Assembly: GCA_977017575.1 (NCBI GenBank)
Contig: CDRNVI010000049.1
Location: 372,001-436,000, forward strand
Direction of reading: 5' to 3'
From: Paramoeba atlantica
Taxonomy: Eukaryota > Protista > Discosea
DNA: 64,000 bases
A program made the translations under genes and the position numbers. Position 1 is the first letter of the stretch. Every line of letters starts with the position of its first letter. This document shows, one piece after another, positions 10,145 to 20,435 of this stretch. The notes under the pieces were generated by a model. It did no database searches. It saw nothing but the letters and a program-made list of their open reading frames with translations, and was not told the origin of the DNA.

Positions 10145-11113
10145 CTACCTCTTTCGTTTTCGATGGGTAAAAATTGTTTTTCGGCGTTTCTTTTTCTTGT
10201 TCTTAGTCCGTACTTCTCGACTATTCGAAGTTCCATGTATGTGATTATCAGAAGGAAACAACGACATGGCTGGATCCATTTCTTCTCTACGTGCTCTGTT
10301 CCCCACACGTTCTGCAGTAAATACTTTGGGAAAACACACCAAACATGCGGAATTTAAACACATAAAACTGTGGGATCTTGCAGGACTCCGACTTGCGCTT
10401 TTTCTCAAGGTTCTAAGTTGATTTCGCAGAGACTCTCCCATCTTGTGCCGACGAGGGATGGCTGCGGGAGAGCCCAGTCGGCAAGGAGAAAGATTCAGAA
10501 ATTTGCCTTGCACAGAGTGATGATAGTTCGCAGGCGACGGTGTCCGCACAGAATTTCTTTCCGTACTACAGGGCGTTGTTAAAATTGGAAGTCGAAGTCG
10601 TAGAGCCTGAAAGAATGAGATGCGATCTGGAGTGTCGCTAAGAGCCTTAGAGCATGCCTTGTTGGCTGGCGTGCTGTCCTGTGGCCATGGTGAAAGCGGA
10701 AGACGATGAGACGTCGGGAATGTTTTAAGTAGATTTTCATATTCGATCCAGTAATTCTGCTCAAGACGAAGTCGGTCGTTCCTTTCTTGTGCGGCAACAA
10801 CGTGGCAAGAAAGAGTATGCAATGAAGATAATTCAGGCTTTGTGTTGTCTCTCGAGCGTTTCGTGAGCGAGTTATCATGCTCATCACCGCTTGCGTTGCT
10901 TTCAAGATGAATAGACTCCATGTCAAATTCTGCAAATAGTGACCTCTGAGCAGCCTCATACCTTTCTTGTTCGTCGTGTAGGAGTCCTACTCCCAACTCT
11001 TGGTCAACTTCGGTATATACACAAATTGACGCACACTCTCGATCGACTGACAACTTGAACGTCTGTAAGTCCTTGGTTTGACACTCTACCATAGTCGTAC
11101 TTCGAAAGTCCAA
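10145..11113 (-). CDS. Hypothetical protein
   Basis: 322-aa open frame in cluster orientation; first ATG at 11092; no recognised motif. Confidence 0.6.
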   Translation of the reverse strand: MDFRSTTMVECQTKDLQTFKLSVDRECASICVYTEVDQELGVGLLHDEQERYEAAQRSLFAEFDMESIHLESNASGDEHDNSLTKRSRDNTKPELSSLHTLSCHVVAAQERNDRLRLEQNYWIEYENLLKTFPTSHRLPLSPWPQDSTPANKACSKALSDTPDRISFFQALRLRLPILTTPCSTERNSVRTPSPANYHHSVQGKFLNLSPCRLGSPAAIPRRHKMGESLRNQLRTLRKSASRSPARSHSFMCLNSACLVCFPKVFTAERVGNRARREEMDPAMSLFPSDNHIHGTSNSREVRTKNKKKKRRKTIFTHRKRKR

Positions 11114-11717
11114 TACCGTGAAGTTCGTTCATAAATCGTGTAAGGTGGCATTTCGTTTTTCCTGTAAACTAATATTTATGAAACGTGCTTGGGGGAAAAG
11201 GATTTCAGAAGCTGATGACAAATGGTCCTTCTCATGTACTAAACATTCATCCGCCTTTTAGGCAAGAACGAGTGGTCAACGGAAAATTCAAATACGGACA
11301 CTTATGAACAATAAGTTTATTATTGTTAAGTTTAAAAACGTGCGTTATTTTGATTCAGATTGTACAGCAATTTTTACGTTTTTCTAATGCAAGACATGGA
11401 GCATGGCGAAGTGTTTATTTCATTACACAGTGTGCACTGGTTTCTTTACCCCGGTCATGCACCAAACCGGATACTGATTAGCAACTGCTATTACAGCTCT
11501 CCGATGCCTTCTGCAGTGATGTAAGCAACAAGATGTGAACTAGAGTGCAGAAGTTAAAGAAGTTAATACAGACCCTCTGAAAATAATAGTGTACCTTCAA
11601 AACACTTTTCGCACCCGTGAAACCTTGTGGTAGAAAATCGTACCCATGAAAAGTCTAGGCCTATGAGAGGTCTAGGCCTACCGCGCGAATAAATGCTACA
11701 CGCAACACTCGCACTCC

Positions 11718-12116
11718 CTACTTTCTTAGTCCAGCAAAGTCGATGACGGTAGCTACTTTACCTATGATCTCCACATACGGGTTACCTTCGGAGTCGCGAC
11801 GTTTGCGGCATACGCATCGTACTGTCTCTTCCCCGTTGGTTACTTTTACCTTTCCAGCAACACGCTGATGACTCCCTGACAAGACAAATTCTACCTGTGA
11901 ATCGTGGGGAAACATCGAGGGAAGATCGTTCGTGTGTGCCATGTTTTCAGGCACGGGTTGAATTCTCCCGATTGGTTTTCCCGGTTGTGCATTTATTAAA
12001 TCCCCCTCGAGTTGAAGCATCACCCATTGAGGCAACGCGTCCATGCCGGAAGTAGGGGAGGAGAGTACCGCATCGTTCTGCGAAGATTCAGGAAAGACGA
12101 CAGGAATGCTCACCAT
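11718..12116 (-). CDS. Ctf8-like subunit of the Ctf18-RFC complex (tentative)
   Basis: QWVMLQLEGDL...IGRI...LSGSHQRVAGKV resembles the Ctf8 pattern EWxxxELQG...LG.L...G.H.L.GK. Likely start MVSIP at 12116. Confidence 0.5.
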   Translation of the reverse strand: MVSIPVVFPESSQNDAVLSSPTSGMDALPQWVMLQLEGDLINAQPGKPIGRIQPVPENMAHTNDLPSMFPHDSQVEFVLSGSHQRVAGKVKVTNGEETVRCVCRKRRDSEGNPYVEIIGKVATVIDFAGLRK

Positions 12117-12375
12117 AACAAATGTGAGTTGAGGAAAGAGAAAGAAAAGACCATATTCATAGATCATGACCCCATAATCATGATTCATACAGGTACCGCA
12201 ATCATTACAGGTACAGTAAGTCAATCGTGCTTTCCCTGCCGGCTACACGAACGTCGGCCCAATCTTTAGACCCACTCAAAAGTTTGAAATGCTCAAACAA
12301 AAAAAGAAGAATCTTTTCCACGGTTATTCCCCTACCCTTTCCAAAATCCACCCCCCTCACCCCCCCCCCTCTCTC

Positions 12376-13419
12376 TCACCCAAACACCTCCCCCCTATGA
12401 TACCCACACACCCTCCCCTCCACCTCCCCCCTCTTCCCTATCCCCCGTATCCTCCTCAAATCACGCCGCATGGCATCCTCATACTCCTCCCCCCCCCTCC
12501 TCCTCCTCCCCCCTTCCCCCCCTCCCCCTCCCCCCCTCTCCACGCCCCGCCGCTCCACCTCCCCCGCCGTCCACCGCTCCACCTCCCGCAGGCACCTCTC
12601 ACACCGCAGCCCCTCCGCTGCCCGCCCGACGTGGTGGGTGACGTACCACGTGGAGACCCGGAGCTGGGACCAGGCGTACTTCACCAGGGGGAGGGTCCCC
12701 AGCGCGGTGGCCAGCCCCAGGGGTACCCGTGCCGCGGCCCACCGGGGGGAGGCCAGCGCGTGGGGGGAGTAGTGGGTGGCGGCGAGACCGGTGGCGGCGG
12801 CGAGGGCGAGGGCGGTGTTGAGGTGGAGGGTGTCGTAGAGGCGACGACCGCCGTGGGCGTGGCGGGAGACCCCGGAGAGGAGGGCTTGGCGGTAGAGACC
12901 GAGGGGGGGAGGGGGAGGGGGGGGGTTGTGGATAGTGTTCGTAGGGTTGTGGTTGCTGTTGTTGCTGTTGATAGTATTCGTAGTGTCGTTGTTGATAGCC
13001 TTCGTAGCGTTGTTGTTGTTGTTGTTGTTGTTATGGTTACCAAAGTTAGTTTCGTTGTTGTTATTGTGGTTAACATCATTTTGAAACTTTGTGTTGTTGT
13101 TGTCGTTGTTGTTGTTTGTGGTGGTGGGGGTATTCTTGTTGATACTATCGTTGTACTTGCCCTGGTTAAGGGTATTCTTGTTGATTTTTCTAATCTCGGC
13201 TTCATCGATAAAGATATGGCTCCCATGGACCTCGACGGGGTTGCCTAGGACGGTGGAGAGATGGGGGACGTTGTGGAGGGTAAAGCGTCGGGAGGTGAGA
13301 CGTTGGGCGTCTTCAGTGACGGCACGGGTGAGGGCGTCGGAGAGGGGGGAGGAGAGGGAGGAGATGTGCATCACGGCGTTGTGGAAGGCGCCAGGCTGAC
13401 TGCTGAAGAGAGCTTCCAT
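12376..13419 (-). CDS. Hypothetical membrane protein with Asn/Thr-rich low-complexity insert
   Basis: 347-aa ATG ORF, two hydrophobic segments near the C-terminus, poly-N/T encoded by an (AAC)n microsatellite. Confidence 0.7.
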   Translation of the reverse strand: MEALFSSQPGAFHNAVMHISSLSSPLSDALTRAVTEDAQRLTSRRFTLHNVPHLSTVLGNPVEVHGSHIFIDEAEIRKINKNTLNQGKYNDSINKNTPTTTNNNNDNNNTKFQNDVNHNNNNETNFGNHNNNNNNNNATKAINNDTTNTINSNNSNHNPTNTIHNPPPPPPPLGLYRQALLSGVSRHAHGGRRLYDTLHLNTALALAAATGLAATHYSPHALASPRWAAARVPLGLATALGTLPLVKYAWSQLRVSTWYVTHHVGRAAEGLRCERCLREVERWTAGEVERRGVERGGGGGGEGGRRRRGGEEYEDAMRRDLRRIRGIGKRGEVEGRVCGYHRGEVFG

Positions 13420-13703
13420 GGAAGGAGGGAAGAGAGGGAGAGCGTAAAGAAAAATGGAAAGAAGAAGGCCAGAAAAAATATAATGGGAATGAAAGAAGAG
13501 TGCAAAGGTAGAGCGTGGTTAAAGCTGCGTGTTGTTGTGCAGAAAGGAACTAGCAAAGCGTGGGGTAATATAGAGAACGTAAGTATAATGGAAGAATATG
13601 CGGTGAAATAAATTTTGTGAGTGATTCCTTGAAAACAGAGTGCCTTCTTGGAAGCATGCAAATACATGGTGTGAAGGTGTCCTAATGACGCCTAACACCC
13701 TCA

Positions 13704-15383
13704 TCATTTTTGTGAAGATGCTTCTCGTTCCTTGAGTTGAGCTACCACATTTCGGTGATCAAATTTGAATACTTGAAATCCAGCAAGAATACTACTAATC
13801 GCCTTTCTCGGAATATCCGTGTGTAGTGCACAGATCACTTGACTTGCGATCGCATACAGCAGAGTCTCATTTTTCTCCTTTACTTTGGCAAAGGCCGCCA
13901 GCAGCTCCGCCAGGCACTCCGGATCTAACAAAATCTTTTGCTTCGTAATTTGTCCGACCTTTGTCGCTGTCATTGTGAAGAACTCGCCATCGTACAAATC
14001 AAACGCGGCAAGTGTTTTTAAGCACTTCCCTAGTTGAGAAATCTCAAAACGGTCTACCTGTTGACATGCACTCTCGGCTAGAACATTCAACAACCCCTCA
14101 TTTAAAAACGAGTGCGCCTCGCATACTTCAAAGAGCTGTGTGATCACCTCTGGACGTAACTGGTCGCGACATGCCATCACACGCTCCATGATCAGAGTCA
14201 TCAGCGCTTCAAACAACGTGGCATCGGTGATATGCGGGGAGAGAGCAGCAATCATACCCGCTACATCCGCCACAACAGACGCGGAGATTAACTCCTGGGC
14301 TCTTTGACACACTTTCCGTACGGCCTCGAGATGAATTTCCAGAGGTTTTGTTGTTGTGTCGGTCGGATACTTTTTTGCAAAAATCTCCCCAAAACGCGTA
14401 ACCCCGGAGGGATTGAGGGAACTCACCCCTCCCTGCACACGTTCAGTGATCGTATCAAACAACTTTGAAAAAAAGTCCTCTTTGGTAAACTCATTTCCCG
14501 GTTTAGAGGTAAGAAAAATCCCAATACGACACAAATCATCCACCGAAAGCACAGGGAGAAGCTTCTCGGTTCGGCTTTTGATGGCACTGTGCATCTCGGG
14601 GTGGTGAATACCAAAACTTTGATACGTACGCGCACAGGTGACGACATCCGTCGCGCCCATTTGCGCAATTGTGTGGATCGCTGGCCACAGCACAGCGGCC
14701 AGAATCCCGACCACCGTCACCGTTTGCAGCTTAGTACACAATTTTAACACAGCTGCAATATCACGAGCCGTCCATTTTGTAGTCTCCGATCGCCACAGCG
14801 TATTTTCCAAAAATCCATACAGCGGGATAAGATCACTGGATTTTGAATCCTGTGCAGCACGAGAGGCAGCCGCGACTTCATCCGAGCAGGGAACATTCAG
14901 GTGGGAGAGTGCCGTGATCAGCAGCACAATCTCACTCGGGGCAAGCACAGGGTAAGTCCCCCAGCCTCGGGCTTTTGGCAGCATGTCTCGACAAAAGTTA
15001 TGAAGCGCCCTGTGGGCACTGTTTTTGTCCAGCTCCGAGGGGTTGGACTTGGACATGTTTTTAAGCGCGTGGAGGATGGGTTTCATGTGGAAAGTGGGGG
15101 GGTGGGTGCCGATGGCGACCAGACTAGGGCTTTTCTCAGTGGGGGTTGAGACGCTGTCGGATACGGCAGAATTTTTATTGTACTTGTCTTCTGGATTTCT
15201 TTTCGACGAGATACAGACAGAGGGCTGACCTTGCGAAGCGGCGAACCGCTTAGGAGTGTGTAGGAGACGGAACATGCGAAGATAAGTCGATGAGGGCTCT
15301 AAACTATAGGATGAACCCTTGTGGAGAGACCTACTGCTAAGAATACGAAACCATGAGCCCAAGATGATTGAATTCGGACTCAT
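13704..15383 (-). CDS. Mitochondrial helical-repeat (FASTK/OPR-like) putative RNA-binding protein
   Basis: Presequence-like MFRLLHTPKRFAAS (ATG 15275) and repeated short helical units such as QVDRFEISQLGKCLKTLAAFDLYDGEFF. Confidence 0.6.
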   Translation of the reverse strand: MSPNSIILGSWFRILSSRSLHKGSSYSLEPSSTYLRMFRLLHTPKRFAASQGQPSVCISSKRNPEDKYNKNSAVSDSVSTPTEKSPSLVAIGTHPPTFHMKPILHALKNMSKSNPSELDKNSAHRALHNFCRDMLPKARGWGTYPVLAPSEIVLLITALSHLNVPCSDEVAAASRAAQDSKSSDLIPLYGFLENTLWRSETTKWTARDIAAVLKLCTKLQTVTVVGILAAVLWPAIHTIAQMGATDVVTCARTYQSFGIHHPEMHSAIKSRTEKLLPVLSVDDLCRIGIFLTSKPGNEFTKEDFFSKLFDTITERVQGGVSSLNPSGVTRFGEIFAKKYPTDTTTKPLEIHLEAVRKVCQRAQELISASVVADVAGMIAALSPHITDATLFEALMTLIMERVMACRDQLRPEVITQLFEVCEAHSFLNEGLLNVLAESACQQVDRFEISQLGKCLKTLAAFDLYDGEFFTMTATKVGQITKQKILLDPECLAELLAAFAKVKEKNETLLYAIASQVICALHTDIPRKAISSILAGFQVFKFDHRNVVAQLKEREASSQK

Positions 15384-15722
15384 TGTTGTGTGTATTAGGT
15401 AGTGGGTAGAAAAACTTTAAAAGTGTAGCTATCATCTGAATGTCAAAAACTAGCTTGAAAATATTCGCATCAGAACGTGATGTTACTAAAACTGTGAATC
15501 TGGTGTAAGATTAAAGTTGAAAATCTGTTTAGTCGCAAAACAAGTACATCGAAACAAAGAAAAATTGTGAGTCTGAGTCGGTATGAATATTTCAAGAGGC
15601 TAGGAGAGAAACAAATTCTTTTTTTATATTCCCTTCTTATCAATGAAAAGCCCATCCTGCAATTTAAAACTAGCAATCTTAAGTCCAGCGCCTTTCATTC
15701 ACAGATGCGCTTGTATTTTCTA

Positions 15723-16316
15723 TCAGGCCGTCTCAGTTTTTGTCTCAGTGGTCTGTTCAGCTTCCTTTTCTTCTGTATCTGTCTTCTCTTCCGCCTTTTC
15801 GTTATCTTCATCCTCATCGTCCAGGTCCTCATTTTCATCTTCCTCACCCATGTCTGGATAATCTTCTTCATCCCCCATTCCTCCCATACCCCCCATACCT
15901 CCCATTCCTCCCATACCCCCGAATTGTGACATGTCAAAATTTCCCATTCCCGGGAACCCCTCAGGGGCCTCATCGGCGTCCTTCCACAAGGACCAGTCCA
16001 CCCCGACGTAGTGTTTGTTCGTCTTGGAGGGCTCAACGGTAAGTCGCTCCCACTCTTTGTTCTCGTCGGAGGCACTCTCCGCTTTGAACGCGCAGCAAGC
16101 TACCTTGTTGCCGTGTACTTTGAACGTGCTCTGGCTGGGGTCAATGCCTTTCAAAAGATTCAGAGCGGTGCGGTATGGTGTGCCATGCGAGGTGCACTCG
16201 AAAATGATTTTGCTTTCCTGGAAATCAACTTTGACGTCCTCCGCGTCGGCAATGAGAAAGGTAAGGAAGACACGGTCGTCGCGTTGTGCCCACTGCACTG
16301 GTGCAATTTTGGACAT
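15723..16316 (-). CDS. p23: Hsp90 co-chaperone p23
   Basis: PVQWAQRDDRVFLT, WERLT, VDWSLWKDADE, GGMGGM repeat and acidic tail. Start MSKIAP at 16316. Confidence 0.93.
   Translation of the reverse strand: MSKIAPVQWAQRDDRVFLTFLIADAEDVKVDFQESKIIFECTSHGTPYRTALNLLKGIDPSQSTFKVHGNKVACCAFKAESASDENKEWERLTVEPSKTNKHYVGVDWSLWKDADEAPEGFPGMGNFDMSQFGGMGGMGGMGGMGGMGDEEDYPDMGEEDENEDLDDEDEDNEKAEEKTDTEEKEAEQTTETKTETA
15862..15925. repeat. 9-bp coding tandem repeat (GGM)n in p23
   Basis: cccattcct/cccataccc units encoding GGMGGMGGMGGMG. Confidence 0.85.
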
Positions 16317-16632
16317 AGAGGTGGTAAATAGAAAGTATAAAAGAGAACAATCTAGTGAAAAAAATAGGGGACGAGATGTTATTAGAATTTGAAATAGTCT
16401 TCGATTCACCTCCACACACGTTGTTCACACAGCAAGCACCTTACAAAATTCAGTCTTACTCACTCGAAATCCAGAAATTGAGAGAGAAAAAACTCAAAAA
16501 GACGGAGTAGAATCCCAGATTCACCACAAGGGTCTATCTCCTACAACATACAATGTACGCTCGCAAACGATTATGCAATGCTTTCAACACGCTTGTTGTA
16601 AACACACTTTTAGAGCACTGATCGGATGAAAT

Positions 16633-16860
16633 CTACTTGTTCCTTTTATTCCGCTCGCTCGATCCTTTATTAATGTGCTCCAGTGCAGACCTATTGAACA
16701 CTGAAATGAAAGGTGAAATAAGTTTCAATAGAATATAGCCGAACGCGGCCCAACGCATCATATCTGTCCCTTCCTGTACGCACACGAGAACTAAAAAGGG
16801 TTTCCCTAACCGTCTCACAGAAGGAGATTCAAAAAGTCGTCGCAGAGCAGTATCATTCAT
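16633..16860 (-). CDS. Possible small hydrophobic protein
   Basis: 75-aa ATG ORF in cluster orientation filling an otherwise long spacer; no motif. Confidence 0.35.
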   Translation of the reverse strand: MNDTALRRLFESPSVRRLGKPFLVLVCVQEGTDMMRWAAFGYILLKLISPFISVFNRSALEHINKGSSERNKRNK

Positions 16861-17019
16861 TTTATTCTAGGAAAACAAATTAAGAAATATCTTAACTGTT
16901 GCATCTGTCTAATCTGTTTTCCCTAAAGTTTATATTCTTCCCAGAATTTAAATTTTGAATAGGACCTTGGATATTCGAGCAATGTGTGATTTGCTGCGAT
17001 TCTCCTTTCTATTTTCATT

Positions 17020-18216
17020 CTATTCCCCAGGAACTACATAAACTTGAGCACTCCGCACCGACACTACCTCTCGATCCGGAAGTAGTAAAGCAGAAAGTCT
17101 TCCACCATACACACAGCCAGTATCTAAACCAAGCGCGCTGCAATGCTTTTGAAGTTTGCGTGCCGCATCGTGACCGAATACAACCAGAGAGGTGCTTTGA
17201 TAACCAGAAGCCCATGAGTGTATTCCTGCTTTTTCTGAAAGAGCATTCGTTATGTCACGCTTCGTATTCACAGAACCGCTGTCTTTAATCAATTCTGTGG
17301 AATTTTCATTTTGGCATTTCATGTCTGATGAATTACGATCGATCTTCTTAACAAGTTGTTCTCCCGGTGGCTTGATTTCTTGTAATACCTTCGAATCTTC
17401 TTGTTGTAACGAATAGTTCATACCCAATGCATCTGTATTGTTTCCAGCATGATTGCCCGTGTTAAGTTCTGCTGTAGAACTCAACACCACGGAACGGGCA
17501 TGCATTGCATCATACGCATTTGTATGCTCCATTGGAGAATCAAGGGCCGCGTGAGTCACTACTACGTCATACTCGGGTAAATACAACACATGCGGCAAGT
17601 TTTGAAGATAAGCCAGCAAATCAGGAGGTAGTATTCGAGCCAGGGTTTGATGAGCTGGTCGAGAAGGGTGCTCACTGGCCTCTATGAAAGGACGTGCTCG
17701 TGAGGCCCATCGGAGTACTTGCCAGTCATGGTTGCCTACTACCCCGTACGCAGAATGATCTTTCATAAACTTCACAACTTTCTCCGATTCAGGGCCTTTG
17801 ACAACTAAATCACCGACATGCACAAGCAAATCCCGGCTCGGATCATAGCCCGTTCTTTGAAGTAGGGATTCGAGTTCAGCAAAACAACCGTGTATATCAC
17901 CAATAAGTATAATTCGAGGTAAGGATGACGAAATATGTGATGTCGTATTGTTGCACACGGAAACATCAGAAGAATCACGATTGGCCGGCGTGGCCCCCAA
18001 ATCCAAATCCTTCATTTTTAAGTCCACGTTCATATCTACACATATTTCTCCTTGTCTAACATAGGAAGTAGAAGGTAGGCGATCTGGAACGGAATGGGCT
18101 GACCAATCATAGAGCCGGACAGTGGGATGTACGCGCAGTACTTTTATACGAAGTGCTCCAACCTGACTTCTTAGAAAATTGATTTCCTCTAGGGATTTAC
18201 ATCTTCGGGGCTTCAT
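17020..18216 (-). CDS. ApaH-like metallophosphoesterase (ALPH family)
   Basis: IGDIHGC, VGDLVVKGP, GNHD, VFGHD, GLDTGCVYGGRLSA. N-terminal extension and ~90-aa insertion in the catalytic domain. Likely ATG at 18216. Confidence 0.9.
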   Translation of the reverse strand: MKPRRCKSLEEINFLRSQVGALRIKVLRVHPTVRLYDWSAHSVPDRLPSTSYVRQGEICVDMNVDLKMKDLDLGATPANRDSSDVSVCNNTTSHISSSLPRIILIGDIHGCFAELESLLQRTGYDPSRDLLVHVGDLVVKGPESEKVVKFMKDHSAYGVVGNHDWQVLRWASRARPFIEASEHPSRPAHQTLARILPPDLLAYLQNLPHVLYLPEYDVVVTHAALDSPMEHTNAYDAMHARSVVLSSTAELNTGNHAGNNTDALGMNYSLQQEDSKVLQEIKPPGEQLVKKIDRNSSDMKCQNENSTELIKDSGSVNTKRDITNALSEKAGIHSWASGYQSTSLVVFGHDAARKLQKHCSALGLDTGCVYGGRLSALLLPDREVVSVRSAQVYVVPGE

Positions 18217-18348
18217 GTGTCTAACAGAAAGTATTCCCTGCGGTGAAAAGCATAGAAACAAGAATTTGTGTACCAAGAACAGGCAAGAATTGAAGTTGAG
18301 TACTAGGACCGTATTGCACATAGATCTCAATCACAGAGGCTTCTGATA

Positions 18349-18440
18349 CTGTGCCCCCTAACTTATAGTGCCGCGGGGTACCCCCCCACTTATGGTGCCG
18401 TTTGGTCGAAAACCGCGGCACTATAAGTGGGGGGGCACAG
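18349..18440. mobile_element. 92-bp MITE (Tc1/mariner/pogo-type) with 28-bp TIRs and TA target duplication
   Basis: ta|ctgtgccccctaacttatagtgccgcgg ... ccgcggcactataagtgggggggcacag|ta; TIRs match at 26/28. Confidence 0.85.
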
Positions 18441-18526
18441 TAATAGGAATATTAAGTCTTGACAAAATGCTGCCAGTTCGTCTAGAATGTAAAATGAAAT
18501 ATAGTACACCGTCAAAGCTACACCAA

Positions 18527-19714
18527 TTACAGAGTCACATCCAGTAGTAAGCTTTTCATTTCCACTTCCTTATCAAAGTACATGCGTAGTTCATCCCGAG
18601 TAACCCAGGCCCAGCGCGCAGGCCGGGGTTGTATAAAATCAATGACAGGATTCCCGTCAAGCAGAGAGGCATGAAAAATGTAAATATGCTCCGTTGTTTT
18701 TTCGGCGTTCGTCGGGTCCTTTTTACGAAGTACTCCAACAGGAGCATTGCTGTACACGTACGTTTCCATTAATTCGGAATGGTGAGTATGTAGAGCTCGG
18801 TCAAGACTCATCCGAAGACTTTCGCCATCAACCCGATTGACGTAAGGCACGGACCATTGAATCTGTGTTTCGGAACGTTCATTGGGTAAATATTCATCAG
18901 TTTGATTGGTTTTCACCTCCTCATGTTTAACTTCATGACCAATAATAAAATACAAGTGTCGATCCAAACATCGATCGGTGCTATGAGCATAATCGTGCAC
19001 TAGTTTAGCATCCGAAGACTCGGGAGCGTCATAGGAAGCTATTTTTTCTGGTTCATTATTTTCCTTGTTTTCTTGACCGGTTTTCGTTATCAATTTCTCC
19101 GACGCTCCATTGTAAATATCAAGCAACGAGCAGAAATCCATTTCTGTTCTCCGCGAGGGCGGCTCCCACGTGTTAATCATCAAACGGTGTACCTCTTGAT
19201 ACGTATCCATGTTGTAAAAGTTATCCTTTAATGAACGAAGCTTCGCTGCAGCACTTTCTTTCGAATCTGCGTTAGGATTCGGTTGAGCTTCAGCAGCTTT
19301 CGGTCCTTTTCGATACGCAGTCAAACCACTGGAGGCGATATCTCTCTGCCACGCATCCAGCGACAACCCGCGATTCTTCCAAAAGTTCTGCGAAGACTCG
19401 GCGGGATTGTCCTTATTCGTAAAAGAGGAAGGAGGAGCACCCGACATAATACGTGAGTGGTGCCGGCTGTACAAGTTGTACTCATTCTCTAGTAAAGTGG
19501 AGTAGTTTTGTTCGAGAGGGTGCAGGTCGGGAAGAATGCGTGGAGGTCGACATAAGAGGTAGCCTACGGAGATGTTCTGGCTGCCGGAGTAGAACACCTG
19601 GCGTTGTCGTCTCCCAGGAATCTCATTGGCGAGAGTAAGACGGATAGGTGTCGGCTTGATCATCCCGTTGGGGCGAAAAGATGCGAATGCAAGAGTGATG
19701 ACATTTTTTCTCAT
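18527..19714 (-). CDS. MRPL46: Mitochondrial ribosomal protein mL46
   Basis: ISVGYLLCRPPRI..DLHPLEQNY, RCLDRHLYFII, W.VP....DGESLR, Nudix-like C-terminus WAWVTRDEL. Confidence 0.8.
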   Translation of the reverse strand: MRKNVITLAFASFRPNGMIKPTPIRLTLANEIPGRRQRQVFYSGSQNISVGYLLCRPPRILPDLHPLEQNYSTLLENEYNLYSRHHSRIMSGAPPSSFTNKDNPAESSQNFWKNRGLSLDAWQRDIASSGLTAYRKGPKAAEAQPNPNADSKESAAAKLRSLKDNFYNMDTYQEVHRLMINTWEPPSRRTEMDFCSLLDIYNGASEKLITKTGQENKENNEPEKIASYDAPESSDAKLVHDYAHSTDRCLDRHLYFIIGHEVKHEEVKTNQTDEYLPNERSETQIQWSVPYVNRVDGESLRMSLDRALHTHHSELMETYVYSNAPVGVLRKKDPTNAEKTTEHIYIFHASLLDGNPVIDFIQPRPARWAWVTRDELRMYFDKEVEMKSLLLDVTL

Positions 19715-19889
19715 GTTTCCAAGTAAAATCAGTTCAAGTAGAACAATGTGAGCGATACAAATAAAAATATGCTAATTTCACTATAGAAATGCTGCAATGA
19801 TTATGGAAATTATTGCCACAAATAAGAGGGTTCAAAGTGAAGGAAAAGTCAACTTGGCAAAAAATGTGGCTTAAAAAATAGTTTTTCAA

Positions 19890-20350
19890 TTATTTTTTTT
19901 GCAATTAATAAGGGGGGAGAAGTATGAAACGCGGCATTGCCTCTACATTACCCACTACATGAACCATGAAGGTCCATAGGGGGGGTTGTCATGTTCCAAC
20001 AGATTTTTTTTTAATTGGGGGGAATAGTATTGAGTCTAACTTTTTATGTATTGAGTCCAACTTTTCCGCAATTTCCACACTTTTTTTTTGCAAATAATTG
20101 GGGGGAAGAGTACGAATTCTAACTTTTCTTTTATACTACTACGACTTTCCTACTTCATTGCTTAACATTCCCGTATCTTACCCACTTTTTCCCCTTAACG
20201 CGTTTCCACCTACCCGCTTTCCCGTTAACGACTTTCCACTTATTGACTTTCCCTTGCCCACACTCCCTTTACCCACTTTCTCCTTTACCCACTTTCCCTT
20301 TACCTTTTTTTTGCAAATAATTGGGGGGAGTTGTATTGAGTATAACTTTT
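19890..20350. repeat. Dispersed repeat of T7-9-GCAA(A/T)TAAT-GGGGGG-type motif, 4 copies
   Basis: Copies near 19892, 20004 (degenerate), 20081 and 20306; two followed by gtattgagt..aactttt. Confidence 0.75.
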
Positions 20351-20435
20351 TTAAATCGAATTCCAACTTTTCCACTTACTAACCCTTCAGCCTTACTAAC
20401 CCTTCACCCATACTATTTTCCCTTCACCATACATA

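Noticed and set aside
20378-20405. Telomeric repeat (taaccct x2)
   Set aside because: Two isolated heptamers within a purine-biased repeat, not a tandem TTAGGG array.
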